DNA of 18,925 nucleotides, taken from Calditrichia bacterium (GTDB taxonomy: Bacteria; Calditrichota; Calditrichia; RBG-13-44-9). Below, one piece after another: positions 1 through 8,847 of the stretch; position 1 is the stretch's first letter, and every line of letters begins with the position of its first letter. The translations under genes and the position numbers were made by a program. Below the pieces are notes generated by a model that was given only the letters and a program-made list of their open reading frames with translations, was not told the origin of the DNA and did no database searches. The stretch covers positions 1-18,925 of the forward strand of contig JARRQT010000159.1 of assembly GCA_037381445.1 (NCBI GenBank). The letters are read 5' to 3'.

Positions 1-1044
1 ATTTGAAATGAATACCTTACTCCCGTCCTGAAGGTTATTCATGCCCTGGGTCACGACCTCTTCCCCTTTCTGCAGACCGCTCAGAATTTCCGTAACCGTC
101 CCATTTGTAGCCCCAGTCCTGAGAGTCGTCTTATGGGCGATATTATTTTTAATAACGAAAACATAGGAATTTTGCTCGGAAGTGATAATGGCCGGATTGG
201 GAACCGCCAGAACATTCTCCTTATTGATAATCAGCACTTCAACATCGGCATACATGCCCGGTTTAAACCAATCGTCTCGCGTATTTTGGAACAGGGCTTT
301 CACTTCGAACATCCGGGAATACACATCTGCGGATTGGGCGATTTCAATAATCTTGCCTTGCCGAATTAGATCGGGTCTGGATTCAGAATAGATTTTCACC
401 CCCTGCCCGATAAACATTTTTTCCACGTCCGATTCCCCGGCGGTAAATATCACCTTCATCTTGTTGATCTTGGCCAGGGTGACCAGCGGACTGCCCGGCG
501 TGCTCAAATCCCCCACGTTGGCATTCACCGCGGTAACAATACCGCTGATGGGAGAAATCAGTTCAATCGATCTTTTGGCAGATTCAAAATTGGCCTGTGC
601 AATTTCGTAACTGGTTTGTGCACCGTCAAGGGACTGCTGGGAAACGGCGCCCTCCGCGTACAGGGATTTCATGCGCTCGTAATTCTTTTTGGCATTCTGA
701 TAATTTGCCTCCGCCTGAAAATACTGGGATGAAGCGCCAGACTTGTCCAATGTTACCACAACCTGGCTGTCGCTTACCATATCTCCAACCTGAAATTTGA
801 TGGCCGTAATCCTTTCCGAAATTTTTGCCACAATATTGGCCTGTTCCCACCCTTCCAGTGAGCCCGGGAAAATTCGGGACACCCGGATGTTCTGCGGCTC
901 CACCGTGGTGATCTCCACCGATGTGGAATCGCCACCACTTTCCGGGAACGGATCTTTGGACGCCTGCTTCCCGGAACCGCAACTGATGAAAAATGAGAGG
1001 CCAATCACCCAAAAAACAATGTAGTATAAGGTCCGCGATTTCAT
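1..1044 (-). CDS. RND efflux periplasmic adaptor (membrane fusion protein), probable lipoprotein; 3' end runs off the window
   Basis: Hand-translated from ATG 1044: MKSRTLYYIVFWVIGLSFFISC-GSGKQ... (lipobox-like FISC), ANIVAKISERITAIKFQVGDMV, coiled-coil hairpin, ISPISGIVTAVNANVGD, FKPGMYA, EILSGLQKGEEVVTQG. Open to position 1 with no stop, so absent from the ORF track. AAAGGT upstream; directly downstream of TolC. Confidence 0.93.
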   Translation of the reverse strand, partial: MKSRTLYYIVFWVIGLSFFISCGSGKQASKDPFPESGGDSTSVEITTVEPQNIRVSRIFPGSLEGWEQANIVAKISERITAIKFQVGDMVSDSQVVVTLDKSGASSQYFQAEANYQNAKKNYERMKSLYAEGAVSQQSLDGAQTSYEIAQANFESAKRSIELISPISGIVTAVNANVGDLSTPGSPLVTLAKINKMKVIFTAGESDVEKMFIGQGVKIYSESRPDLIRQGKIIEIAQSADVYSRMFEVKALFQNTRDDWFKPGMYADVEVLIINKENVLAVPNPAIITSEQNSYVFVIKNNIAHKTTLRTGATNGTVTEILSGLQKGEEVVTQGMNNLQDGSKVFISN

Positions 1045-1095
1045 GGATAAATACCTTTCGTTTTGATCCTCATTCCTTTCTTCAGAAATGATCCA

Positions 1096-2469
1096 TTAAT
1101 CAAGTGACGGATAAAAGCTCACCAGACGTTCCCACTCCGCCCTGGCGATCAGATAGTCATAAATCGCTTTGGTGTAATTGGTGCGGGCCTGGGTAAGTGC
1201 GGTCTGACTGTCCAGCAACTCCAGCTGCGTCCCAACCCCGCTTTTATAGCGGGTTCCCGCAATCTGCACCGCTTTCTCCGCCTGCCCCAGACTCTGCTGC
1301 TGGGCGAAAATCCGTTTTTTGGCTTCCTCCATATTCATCTGTGCCTGAAGAATCTGAATTTTCAAACCATCTTCTGCTTTTTGAAGGGAATATTCCAGTT
1401 TTTTAACTCCGATTTTCGCCTGCTGCACCTGCGCCGCCCGGTTAAAACCATCAAACAGGGTGAAGGATGCCTGCAGTCCCACAGCAAACGTTTTTATCCA
1501 TTTATATTTGTTGGAATTGAAGGTGTTATCCTGGGTCTGATACTGATAATTTCCGAACGCCGCCAGGCTGGGAAAATATTCTGCCTGCTGAATATTGATT
1601 TTCTTTTCGAGAATGGATTTCTGCACCTTGAGCTGCACAATGTCGGGATTCGAAAGAAGCACCGCATCGTTGGCGGCACGGACTTCTTCCCGAGGGATTT
1701 CCTCAAAACGGAATTCGCCCTTTACCCTGAGCGGCTGTTCCAGCTTCAGGGCCAGCAGATTTTTGAGATTGGTGATCGCCAGTTCCAGGTTGTTTTGCGC
1801 CTGAATCAGGGGAGGCTCTGAATTGGCCACCTGCACCTGCGCCCGCAGCAGATCGTATTCGGAGGAGACTCCCTGCTTGTATAACGCCTGCACATTATCA
1901 TAATTGGCTTTCGAAAGATTGTAGCTTTGCTGCATCACCTTCACCATCTTCTGCTGCAGCAGAATCCCGTAGAAAGCCTTTTTTACATTCAGTTCCACAT
2001 CCTGTCTGGTGGATTTGGACGCTAGTTTTGAGTAATTATTATATTTCTTGGCAATCTGAATGGCAGTCCCAAGTTTCGGATCAAAGATAACCTGATTAAC
2101 ATTGAGCGTGGCAGTGTAGTTGTTATTGGCACCCAACGCGAATGTCTGTGTCTGATTGGTAGGGTTAAAGGGCGTATTGGGCGGAATGAATAAAACCGGC
2201 AGCTTTATATTTCGCATATACTGCCCGGTAACGGACAACTGCGGCATGGCGCCTGCATATGCGGCCCGTACCTGCTGGTGAGCATTACTTATTTCTTCAC
2301 CGGCAATCAACACGTCCTGGTTATTTTTCATCGCCAGCTTAATCGCCTCTGGCAAAGTAAGCACCAGGGTGTCTGCCGGCGTCTGGCTCCTCAGGGGAAG
2401 GATTCCGCTCAATAGAAGAAATAGGGAAATAAATCCATATTTCATGATATAGTCCATAATTGCCCGCAT
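1096..2469 (-). CDS. TolC-family outer membrane efflux protein
   Basis: 457 aa; signal peptide, LTLPEAIKLAMKNN, two OEP repeats (LYKQGVSSEYDLLRAQVQ; RYKSGVGTQLELLDSQ); AAGGAG RBS. Confidence 0.95.
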   Translation of the reverse strand: MRAIMDYIMKYGFISLFLLLSGILPLRSQTPADTLVLTLPEAIKLAMKNNQDVLIAGEEISNAHQQVRAAYAGAMPQLSVTGQYMRNIKLPVLFIPPNTPFNPTNQTQTFALGANNNYTATLNVNQVIFDPKLGTAIQIAKKYNNYSKLASKSTRQDVELNVKKAFYGILLQQKMVKVMQQSYNLSKANYDNVQALYKQGVSSEYDLLRAQVQVANSEPPLIQAQNNLELAITNLKNLLALKLEQPLRVKGEFRFEEIPREEVRAANDAVLLSNPDIVQLKVQKSILEKKINIQQAEYFPSLAAFGNYQYQTQDNTFNSNKYKWIKTFAVGLQASFTLFDGFNRAAQVQQAKIGVKKLEYSLQKAEDGLKIQILQAQMNMEEAKKRIFAQQQSLGQAEKAVQIAGTRYKSGVGTQLELLDSQTALTQARTNYTKAIYDYLIARAEWERLVSFYPSLD

Positions 2470-2759
2470 TCATCTCTCCTTTATTTTCCTGCCGCAGCCT
2501 GCCGAATTGCGGATTACTCCGCCAGAGAAAGAACGTTTAATATTTCCTTTCGGTATTTTAAATCATGCCTATCCGATTCGCCCATATTCGGCGACTTGGT
2601 AATCAAACAGCTGCCGGTCTGTCCCTTTAAAAAATTGAGAGCAGATAAAGAGTTTTTACCTTGTGTTGGAGTTAGAAACTGACGAACAAAAACAGCTTAA
2701 AAAGGCAATCTCCAACATTAGCATTATTATAAATGATTATGAAGAATTTATGAAAACAA

Positions 2760-2797
2760 TGTGAAAATTCACACTTCTGGATCTGTGAAATCACAGA
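2760..2797. promoter_or_regulatory. Tandem TGTGA...TCACA inverted repeats (candidate operator sites)
   Basis: TGTGAA-AA-TTCACA (2760-2773) and TCTGTGA-AA-TCACAGA (2782-2797), about 300 bp upstream of tolC. Confidence 0.35.
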
Positions 2798-2907
2798 GTG
2801 CTGCTTATAAAAAAGGCGTTTTTGGGAGATTGAAATAACGACCGCTCGCCAAATGAATTATTTTCATCGACGGCGGCAGGAAGCTGCAATTTCCCCCGCT
2901 GCTCGGG

Positions 2908-4131
2908 TCACTTTAGCAGCAGGCACTTTCTACGAAGGATAGTATTGGGAGAGCTCAACTGATAGAAATAAATCCCCGATACCGCATGGTCTCCGCTCCA
3001 TTCCGCGGTATGCATTCCCGCTGATTGCCATCCATCAAAGAGAAGCGCCACCTGCTGTCCGACGCAATTGAAAATTTCCAGCCGGACGCTGCCCGGTGCA
3101 GATAGCTGATATTTTATGCGGGTGGAATTGTTGAACGGATTGGGATAATTCTGCGCCAGCGCGACCGAGGCGGGGAGAAAATCAGTGTTATTTTCCGCAA
3201 TACCGGACGGATCCAGCATCTCGTTCATCACTTCGCCGGAAGCCTTGCCGGGATTCACATCCAGCATGGCCGCGGCCGTCACCGCCATATCAGGAATACG
3301 ATGGTATTGGCTGGATACATAATTTTGTCTGATGCCGGCGCCCAGCGCCAGAAACATGATATGACGGCAGCCTTCGCACCCGCAGCCGTGGCCGCTGAAA
3401 CCGCCGTGCTGGTCATCATGCCGTCCATGATCATTGGTGACAAACAGCGTGGTGGAGTTCCGGTAAAAAGGGTCAGTCTGCACTCTGTTCCACAGCAGCC
3501 CCACAATGCTGTCTGCTTCAAGAATGGCATGGGTATAAGCGGACCAGTCCCCGCTATGCCCTTTGCTGTCCACATCCGCCAGATACACCCAGAGAAAACG
3601 CGGATGATACGAATCCATGACTTTTTGGGCTTCAGTGGCGACTTCCGCATCACTGTGGCCGAGACTGTGAAACTGCGGCCAGTAATCGGGTCCGTATTCC
3701 GCATCGAAGCTGGGCAGCCACAGGCTGCTGAGGGATTTCAAAACATAAAAGCACTGGTCAGCGGGCATGTTTTTCTGTTTTCGGTAATATTCAAAAAGCG
3801 ACGGCTTTACGGCATAATTGGTATGGATGGATTGATACACCGTATCGCGCACATCGGTCCAGGTCCCGCACCACAGCGCGGGAATGGCCGCCGCGGTATA
3901 GGTAAGCGAATCATTATAGAAGTTAGCCGCATAAGTCCCCTGTTGAGCCAGGTTCCACATCTGCGGGACATAGGTATGATTGGGATCGCCGAATGTTTCG
4001 CTGTAGCGGGCGCCGTCAATGATAACAAACAGAAAATTCTCCGAGGCATTGCTTTTGGCGAACAGTGCCGGAGATAAAAGAAAAATAATCGATATCACAG
4101 ACAAGATTGACTTCCGGTTTTTGCTGATCAT
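2908..4131 (-). CDS. Secreted alkaline phosphatase superfamily enzyme (phosphodiesterase/metalloenzyme-like) with C-terminal Por/T9SS type A-like sorting domain
   Basis: Signal peptide; VIIDG, probable Thr nucleophile region (TYTAAA), DVDSKGH and TNDHG metal motifs; C-terminal QNYPNPFN...SGIYFYQL...KCLLLK. Confidence 0.85.
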   Translation of the reverse strand: MISKNRKSILSVISIIFLLSPALFAKSNASENFLFVIIDGARYSETFGDPNHTYVPQMWNLAQQGTYAANFYNDSLTYTAAAIPALWCGTWTDVRDTVYQSIHTNYAVKPSLFEYYRKQKNMPADQCFYVLKSLSSLWLPSFDAEYGPDYWPQFHSLGHSDAEVATEAQKVMDSYHPRFLWVYLADVDSKGHSGDWSAYTHAILEADSIVGLLWNRVQTDPFYRNSTTLFVTNDHGRHDDQHGGFSGHGCGCEGCRHIMFLALGAGIRQNYVSSQYHRIPDMAVTAAAMLDVNPGKASGEVMNEMLDPSGIAENNTDFLPASVALAQNYPNPFNNSTRIKYQLSAPGSVRLEIFNCVGQQVALLFDGWQSAGMHTAEWSGDHAVSGIYFYQLSSPNTILRRKCLLLK

Positions 4132-4181
4132 GAATTTGGACCTCTTTCAGGTGATTCGTTCAAATGATGCCCTGCAGTTTA

Positions 4182-4209
4182 ATTTTAAATAATCGGATAT
4201 CTGAAGCAA
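4182..4209 (-). promoter_or_regulatory. Putative sigma70-like promoter
   Basis: TTGCTT-N16-TAAAAT on the minus strand, about 50 nt upstream of ATG 4131. Confidence 0.4.
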
Positions 4210-4265
4210 TTATTAAATATTATTTACAAAAAAATGGTGCGAAAATGCGGGAAGGAAATCGATTC

Positions 4266-4940
4266 TCAACTCATTGGAAGAATATAGCGGTACATCAGCC
4301 AGTAATGGGAGAAACTTCCCAGCAAGACAAAAATATGAAAAATGGCATGAAAGCCAAACTGCCCCGGCCAGGGATCAGGTTTTTTGCAGGCATAAATTAT
4401 AGCGCCAATAGTGTAAAACAGACCTCCGATGAGAATCCACAACAATGCTGCCAGTGAAAGGGCTTGAATCAGCGGCCAGATGGCGGACACGGCCAGCCAG
4501 CCCATCAGCACATAAATCAGGGTGGAGAACCAGCGGGGCGTATCCATTGCAAAAAATACCAGAAAAATACCACCGAGGGCGATTGCCCATACTGCAGCCA
4601 GCAGGCTCCAGCCCCATGGGCCCCGCAGCGGGATCAGGCAGACGGGGGTATAGGTGGCGGCAATCAACACAAATATCATCATGTGATCCAGTTTGCGCAG
4701 CCGCGCAACGCCCCTGGATTTTAATGGCAACCAGTGATAAAGGGTGCTGGCGGTGTAAAGCAAAATAAGCCCTGCGCCGAAAATGGCGAAGGAGATTACC
4801 TGCCAGGACTTGCCGGCTATGGCAGATTTCCAGATCAGTATGACAGAACCCGCAACTGCGAATACAGTACCGAATAAGTGTGTCAGGGCATTGGCGGGTT
4901 CTCTGATATGCGACTTCATTTTCTTAAGGCCAATCAACAA
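4266..4940 (-). CDS. Hemolysin III / PAQR (TrhA-like) membrane protein; alternative start ATG 4919
   Basis: REPANALTH, STLYHW, KLDHMMIFVLIAATYTP, FHAIFHIFVLLGSFSHY; about 7 TM segments. Confidence 0.93.
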   Translation of the reverse strand: MLIGLKKMKSHIREPANALTHLFGTVFAVAGSVILIWKSAIAGKSWQVISFAIFGAGLILLYTASTLYHWLPLKSRGVARLRKLDHMMIFVLIAATYTPVCLIPLRGPWGWSLLAAVWAIALGGIFLVFFAMDTPRWFSTLIYVLMGWLAVSAIWPLIQALSLAALLWILIGGLFYTIGAIIYACKKPDPWPGQFGFHAIFHIFVLLGSFSHYWLMYRYILPMS

Positions 4941-5061
4941 ATTTCCTTATCATTTGAGCAAAATATGCCAGCAGATACAAGATAATCATTCAAGAAGACA
5001 ATCTGCAGATGCTCCGCTTCTGCTGGATGGCTGAAAATGTCCGGAGTCCTGATAAAACCTT

Positions 5062-5169
5062 TTATGGACGTTTGCCAAAATCAGATTCAGGAATCTTGTG
5101 TGCTCTCCCTGTTTCATCCAGAAGAATGTAGCGTCCTGTTCCTAATCTGACAACCTGATATTTTTTCAT
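5062..5169 (-). CDS. Small 35-aa protein translationally coupled to HtrA (MKKYQVVRLGTGRYILLDETGRAHKIPESDFGKRP)
   Basis: ATGA overlap with the htrA stop (5166-5169); purine-rich GAGGAAGGGA directly upstream. Confidence 0.5.
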   Translation of the reverse strand: MKKYQVVRLGTGRYILLDETGRAHKIPESDFGKRP

Positions 5170-6203
5170 TTCCCTTCCTCGGGGACAACTTCCCTGCTGA
5201 TCAGTTCGTCCCCCCGCAATAAGGAGAGGTCCAGCGGCTGGCGAATGGGCCATTCAGCCAAAAAATGATAAAGCTCATCAATGCTCCGGATCATCTCGTG
5301 GTTCAGCGCCACCACAATATCCCCCGGCTGGATTCCCGCGCGGTGCGCCGGGCCGTCCGGTTCAATGGCCATGACTTCCACGCCGCTTTCATTTTCCAGA
5401 CTGTTTGATCGGGCCAGAACCCTGGAGATGGGACGGCTGCGGGCGGCGATGCCCAGGTAGCTCCGTCTTACCCGCCCATAGGTAAGCAGCTGTGAAACGA
5501 CCAGCCGCGCGGTATTGGCAGGGATGGAAAATCCCAGGCCCTGCGCCATCATGATGATGGCCGTATTGATTCCCACTACCCTTCCCCGGGCATCCAGAAG
5601 GGGACCGCCCGAATTTCCCGGATTCAGGGGGGCCGTATGCTGGATGATATTTTCAATGAGCCGGCCATTCTGTCCCCGCAGCGCCCGCCCCAGAGCGCTC
5701 ACCACGCCGGTGGTTACGGTGGACTGAAAACCGAAAGGATTGCCCATGGCGATTACCAGTTGCCCGACCCGCAGTTGGGAAGAATCTCCCAGTTTTGCAT
5801 AAGGCAGGCCTGCACCTCCTGCCCGGACGACTGCCAGATCGGTGGTGGGATCTTCCCCGACCAGCACCGCTTCCACGTGGTTCCCGTCCGTGAAGGTGAT
5901 GCCCAAGCGCTTTCCGGCATTGACCACATGGCTGTTGGTGAGTATGTAGCCATCGGGCGCAATGACAATCCCGGAGCCGGCTCCTTCCTGATCGATACCG
6001 CTGCGGGGGTCCTGCTTTCCCACCGAGATACTGACCACCGCCGGACTTACCGCATCCACCACCGCGGTCACGGCGCGTGAATAGGCATCCAATACATCGG
6101 TTTCGGACGATTCCGGGACATCCATTCCGCCCTTATTTGCTGCTCCGTCGGGGTGATTATTTCCGCGGATTAACGCCAATACTTCCTGAATTTTTTCCTG
6201 CAT
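5166..6203 (-). CDS. HtrA/DegP-like S1C serine protease with one PDZ domain
   Basis: GAGSG, LTNSHVV (His), TDLAV (Asp), NPGNSGGPL (Ser), C-terminal PDZ (GPAHRAGIQPGDIV); AGAGGAG RBS; no signal peptide evident. Confidence 0.95.
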   Translation of the reverse strand: MQEKIQEVLALIRGNNHPDGAANKGGMDVPESSETDVLDAYSRAVTAVVDAVSPAVVSISVGKQDPRSGIDQEGAGSGIVIAPDGYILTNSHVVNAGKRLGITFTDGNHVEAVLVGEDPTTDLAVVRAGGAGLPYAKLGDSSQLRVGQLVIAMGNPFGFQSTVTTGVVSALGRALRGQNGRLIENIIQHTAPLNPGNSGGPLLDARGRVVGINTAIIMMAQGLGFSIPANTARLVVSQLLTYGRVRRSYLGIAARSRPISRVLARSNSLENESGVEVMAIEPDGPAHRAGIQPGDIVVALNHEMIRSIDELYHFLAEWPIRQPLDLSLLRGDELISREVVPEEGK

Positions 6204-6329
6204 CCCGTTGAAGCTCCTCTGTTAAAAAATATTCCTTTTGCAAATAAAATCAAAACAGAACAAATAATCGATTCCTTTCATTATAAAATTCCGACCCGCT
6301 AATCCGGCTTATTTTACGCAAAACTCCGG

Positions 6330-6418
6330 AAAGATTTCCGCCGGTTTCTGCTGAAAATATCCTCATAATGGTTTCATGGTGATTTAAGGACGCTTCTCCC
6401 CAATAGTTTGTAGCGCAT
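6330..6418 (-). pseudogene. Remnant of an aldo/keto reductase gene
   Basis: Perfect GAGGAGGT RBS, then MRYKLLGRSVLKSP* (6418-6374), resembling the AKR N-terminus MRYKLLGRSGLxVS. Downstream out-of-frame fragments TM and DIF/AETGGN resemble AKR GTMTFG and FAEAGGNFIDT. Confidence 0.6.
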
Positions 6419-6646
6419 CGATTTACCTCCTCTGAAATTTTGTGTTTTAAGGGCGAGAAAAATTTGCTGAATAGCAGTTTTCTAATTATTCCCCGCAGAA
6501 AGTCGAGCCGGGAATTACTTAAAAAGGAATTGACTCACGCAATTTGCCCTGGAAACCGGCAGCCAATGCACGCACCCGGCAGTGAATTAAGCACCGGCGA
6601 ATCCAAAGTGAATTATTCCCCTTCCGATTTCGATGAACGAGTTGCC

Positions 6647-7534
6647 CTACTCCTCCCGGTATGCCCGGGCAAATATAGGGGCAAAATCATCGATCCCGGT
6701 CGGCGTTGAACTGGTTTTATCGCGATGCACGCCAGCCAGCACATCCCCGCCGTTCATGCGCCGCGTAAATTCTACCATCGCGGAGGCAGCACTCTCCGAC
6801 ATCCCCATCTGCACCATTGATTTTTTCGATTCTTCATACGGAAACTGGACATACCTCAAATCCTCCCTGCCGATGGCTTTTCCCAGCACCCGGGTAATTT
6901 CACTGTAGGAAATATCACGCGGACCCACAACATACTCAACGGACTTTCCCTTAAAATCCAAATTCAGCAAATGATGGGCAGCGCGGGCACCGATATCTGC
7001 GGTCGCCACCAGCGGAATCTTCAAATCGCCGCGAAGTGGCGAACCGGCAGTCCCGGTTTTTTTGATAATCCCAATCTGGGAATAGAGGTTCCGCATGAAA
7101 TAGCCGGCCCGGAGGATCAGAACATTGGTGTCTTTCAATTCATTCAAATATTTTTCCAGTTCGTGCAACCCCTGCACAATGCCAAGATCTTCTTCCAGTT
7201 CCGCACCCATGCTGCTCAAAGCAACCGCGTATTTTACATTCGCTTCGCGGACAGCAGTCACCAGAGATTTTGCCACTCTCCGCTGATATTCACTGACCTT
7301 CTCAGCAGACATATCGGGCGGTATCATCAGATAAGCGGCTTCAGCTCCATCAAAGGCGCGCCTCAGGAAATCAGTATCCAGTATATCTCCTTCCCATGGC
7401 TCCGCACCCTTCCTGACTAAATCCTGCAGATGTTCCTTATTGCGGCTGATGGCACGGACTGTTTTCCCCGCCTCAAGCAGCGCGCTGGTAACGGGCTTTC
7501 CCGTATTCCCGGTGGCACCGATTATGACGTACAT
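6647..7534 (-). CDS. NmrA-like / atypical SDR NAD(P)-binding protein
   Basis: IIGATGNTG Rossmann motif, AFDGAEAAY, LSSMGA, LRAGYFM, VATADIG; CAGGAG RBS. Confidence 0.92.
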   Translation of the reverse strand: MYVIIGATGNTGKPVTSALLEAGKTVRAISRNKEHLQDLVRKGAEPWEGDILDTDFLRRAFDGAEAAYLMIPPDMSAEKVSEYQRRVAKSLVTAVREANVKYAVALSSMGAELEEDLGIVQGLHELEKYLNELKDTNVLILRAGYFMRNLYSQIGIIKKTGTAGSPLRGDLKIPLVATADIGARAAHHLLNLDFKGKSVEYVVGPRDISYSEITRVLGKAIGREDLRYVQFPYEESKKSMVQMGMSESAASAMVEFTRRMNGGDVLAGVHRDKTSSTPTGIDDFAPIFARAYREE

Positions 7535-7626
7535 GACTTTTCTCCTGCCTTTTGGTTTGATCTCAATTTGGCTTACAAAATGAACAAATTCTGAGAATAA
7601 GGATTTTCAGTCAACGTATTTCCCGT

Positions 7627-8235
7627 CTATCGATGCATAAGTTTGAAAGCGACATCCGGACCCATTTTTTGATCGTACGCCAGATTGATCCACAATTTCG
7701 CCATCGCCTCCAGCAGCACAGCCTGGGAAAGGTCCCCGGCGTCAACAACTGAAAATCCTACTTCTTCGGCCAGTTTTTTCACCGTCCCTTTCGCACCGCT
7801 GTCATCGCCGCAAATGTAGGTGTCAATTTTCATGTCACCATAGCGGGGATTCCGCAGATTGGCCGAGCCGGTGGAATTGAAAGCTTTCACCACTTTGGAC
7901 GAACCCGACCATGCGGCAATGGCTTCGGCAGCGGACGGAAAATCTTTGGGAAGTCCGGAAAGCGCATTGGTACAATCAATAATAAGCTTCTCTTTCAGAC
8001 CGCTCAACTTTTGCAGGTTTTCTTTCACAGTGGGAAAAGGGATGGCCAGCACCACAATTTCGGAGGCATTGGCCGAATCCTGTAATGTCTGCAACCTTAT
8101 TTTATCAGATTTCAGCTTCTGATATTTTGACTTCCCCGGCTCCCGCAATCCGAATATGATGTCATGCCCTGTGGCCGCCCATTTTTCGCCCAAACCCGCG
8201 CCGATATTACCGGCGCCCAAAATTGATATCTTCAT
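7627..8235 (-). CDS. NADP oxidoreductase, F420_oxidored/COG2085 family dinucleotide-binding enzyme
   Basis: MKISILGAGNIG, IDCTN, VVKAFN, CGDD, DAGDL; start placed at ATG 8235 behind GAAGGAGG rather than the ORF-track start at 8262. Confidence 0.9.
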   Translation of the reverse strand: MKISILGAGNIGAGLGEKWAATGHDIIFGLREPGKSKYQKLKSDKIRLQTLQDSANASEIVVLAIPFPTVKENLQKLSGLKEKLIIDCTNALSGLPKDFPSAAEAIAAWSGSSKVVKAFNSTGSANLRNPRYGDMKIDTYICGDDSGAKGTVKKLAEEVGFSVVDAGDLSQAVLLEAMAKLWINLAYDQKMGPDVAFKLMHR

Positions 8236-8279
8236 CAGACCCCTCCTTCCGGATTTTAACACGACTTGTTTTAAGAATT

Positions 8280-8306
8280 AACGCCGCAGGGGATTAATAA
8301 GGTTCA
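8280..8306 (-). promoter_or_regulatory. Possible ECF-sigma-type internal promoter
   Basis: TGAACC-N17-CGTT on the minus strand, 45 nt upstream of the oxidoreductase start. Confidence 0.3.
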
Positions 8307-8389
8307 AATTGAAGGGCCGAAAATGAAGGGAAAATGATTTTTATGTTTTTCCATTTATATGAATCATGCACTCCGAGCAAGACAGGAAA

Positions 8390-8827
8390 TCAACGCTGAC
8401 CAAGCAGGTTCTCCCGGGCCTCCTGACTGCTCAGGGTATGAAGTTCCTCCCGCGACCGATCTATGACCGGCTCGAGCTGCTCCAGAATCCCGAGGCCCTT
8501 CCCGGTAATGGCCACATCCACTGAGCGGCGGTCGCGCTCACTAACTGATCTGGAAACCAGTTCTTTGGCATACAGCCTTTCCACAATCCGCGAGGCGTTG
8601 GAGGTTTTGTCCGGCATCTGTTCGGTCAGTGAATTCACGGTAGCAGGCACGGGGTGCTGCGTCTTCAGGATTTTAAGCATGTTATACTGCTGAATGGTCA
8701 GACCGAAGTCCCTGCAGAGGCGGGAATCATTATAGGTCAGCCAGCCGGCGGTGTACAGAATATTGACGGCCAGTTTGTGATGTTCGCTTTTAAAATATGC
8801 CTGTTTAATTTCTTTCTCTAATTCCAT
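8390..8827 (-). CDS. MarR family transcriptional regulator (alternative start 8860)
   Basis: MELEKEIKQ..., GLTIQQYNMLKIL, SNASRIVERL (HTH), DRRSVDVAITGKG (wing). Confidence 0.92.
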   Translation of the reverse strand: MELEKEIKQAYFKSEHHKLAVNILYTAGWLTYNDSRLCRDFGLTIQQYNMLKILKTQHPVPATVNSLTEQMPDKTSNASRIVERLYAKELVSRSVSERDRRSVDVAITGKGLGILEQLEPVIDRSREELHTLSSQEARENLLGQR

Positions 8828-8847
8828 GTTATCATATTCCGCTTTTG

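Noticed and set aside
3301..4077. 258-aa plus-strand ORF and other short nested ORFs
   Set aside because: Antisense or alternate-frame overlaps of clear genes
6440..6709. 89-aa plus-strand ORF and short repeats (GGGGAATAATT twice on the minus strand)
   Set aside because: No RBS or motif, overlaps the NmrA 3' end; repeats are too short and irregular for a CRISPR array or a mobile-element end
7627..8235. Evidence of F420 metabolism
   Set aside because: The COG2085 family is widespread in organisms without F420; no F420 biosynthesis genes are in the window
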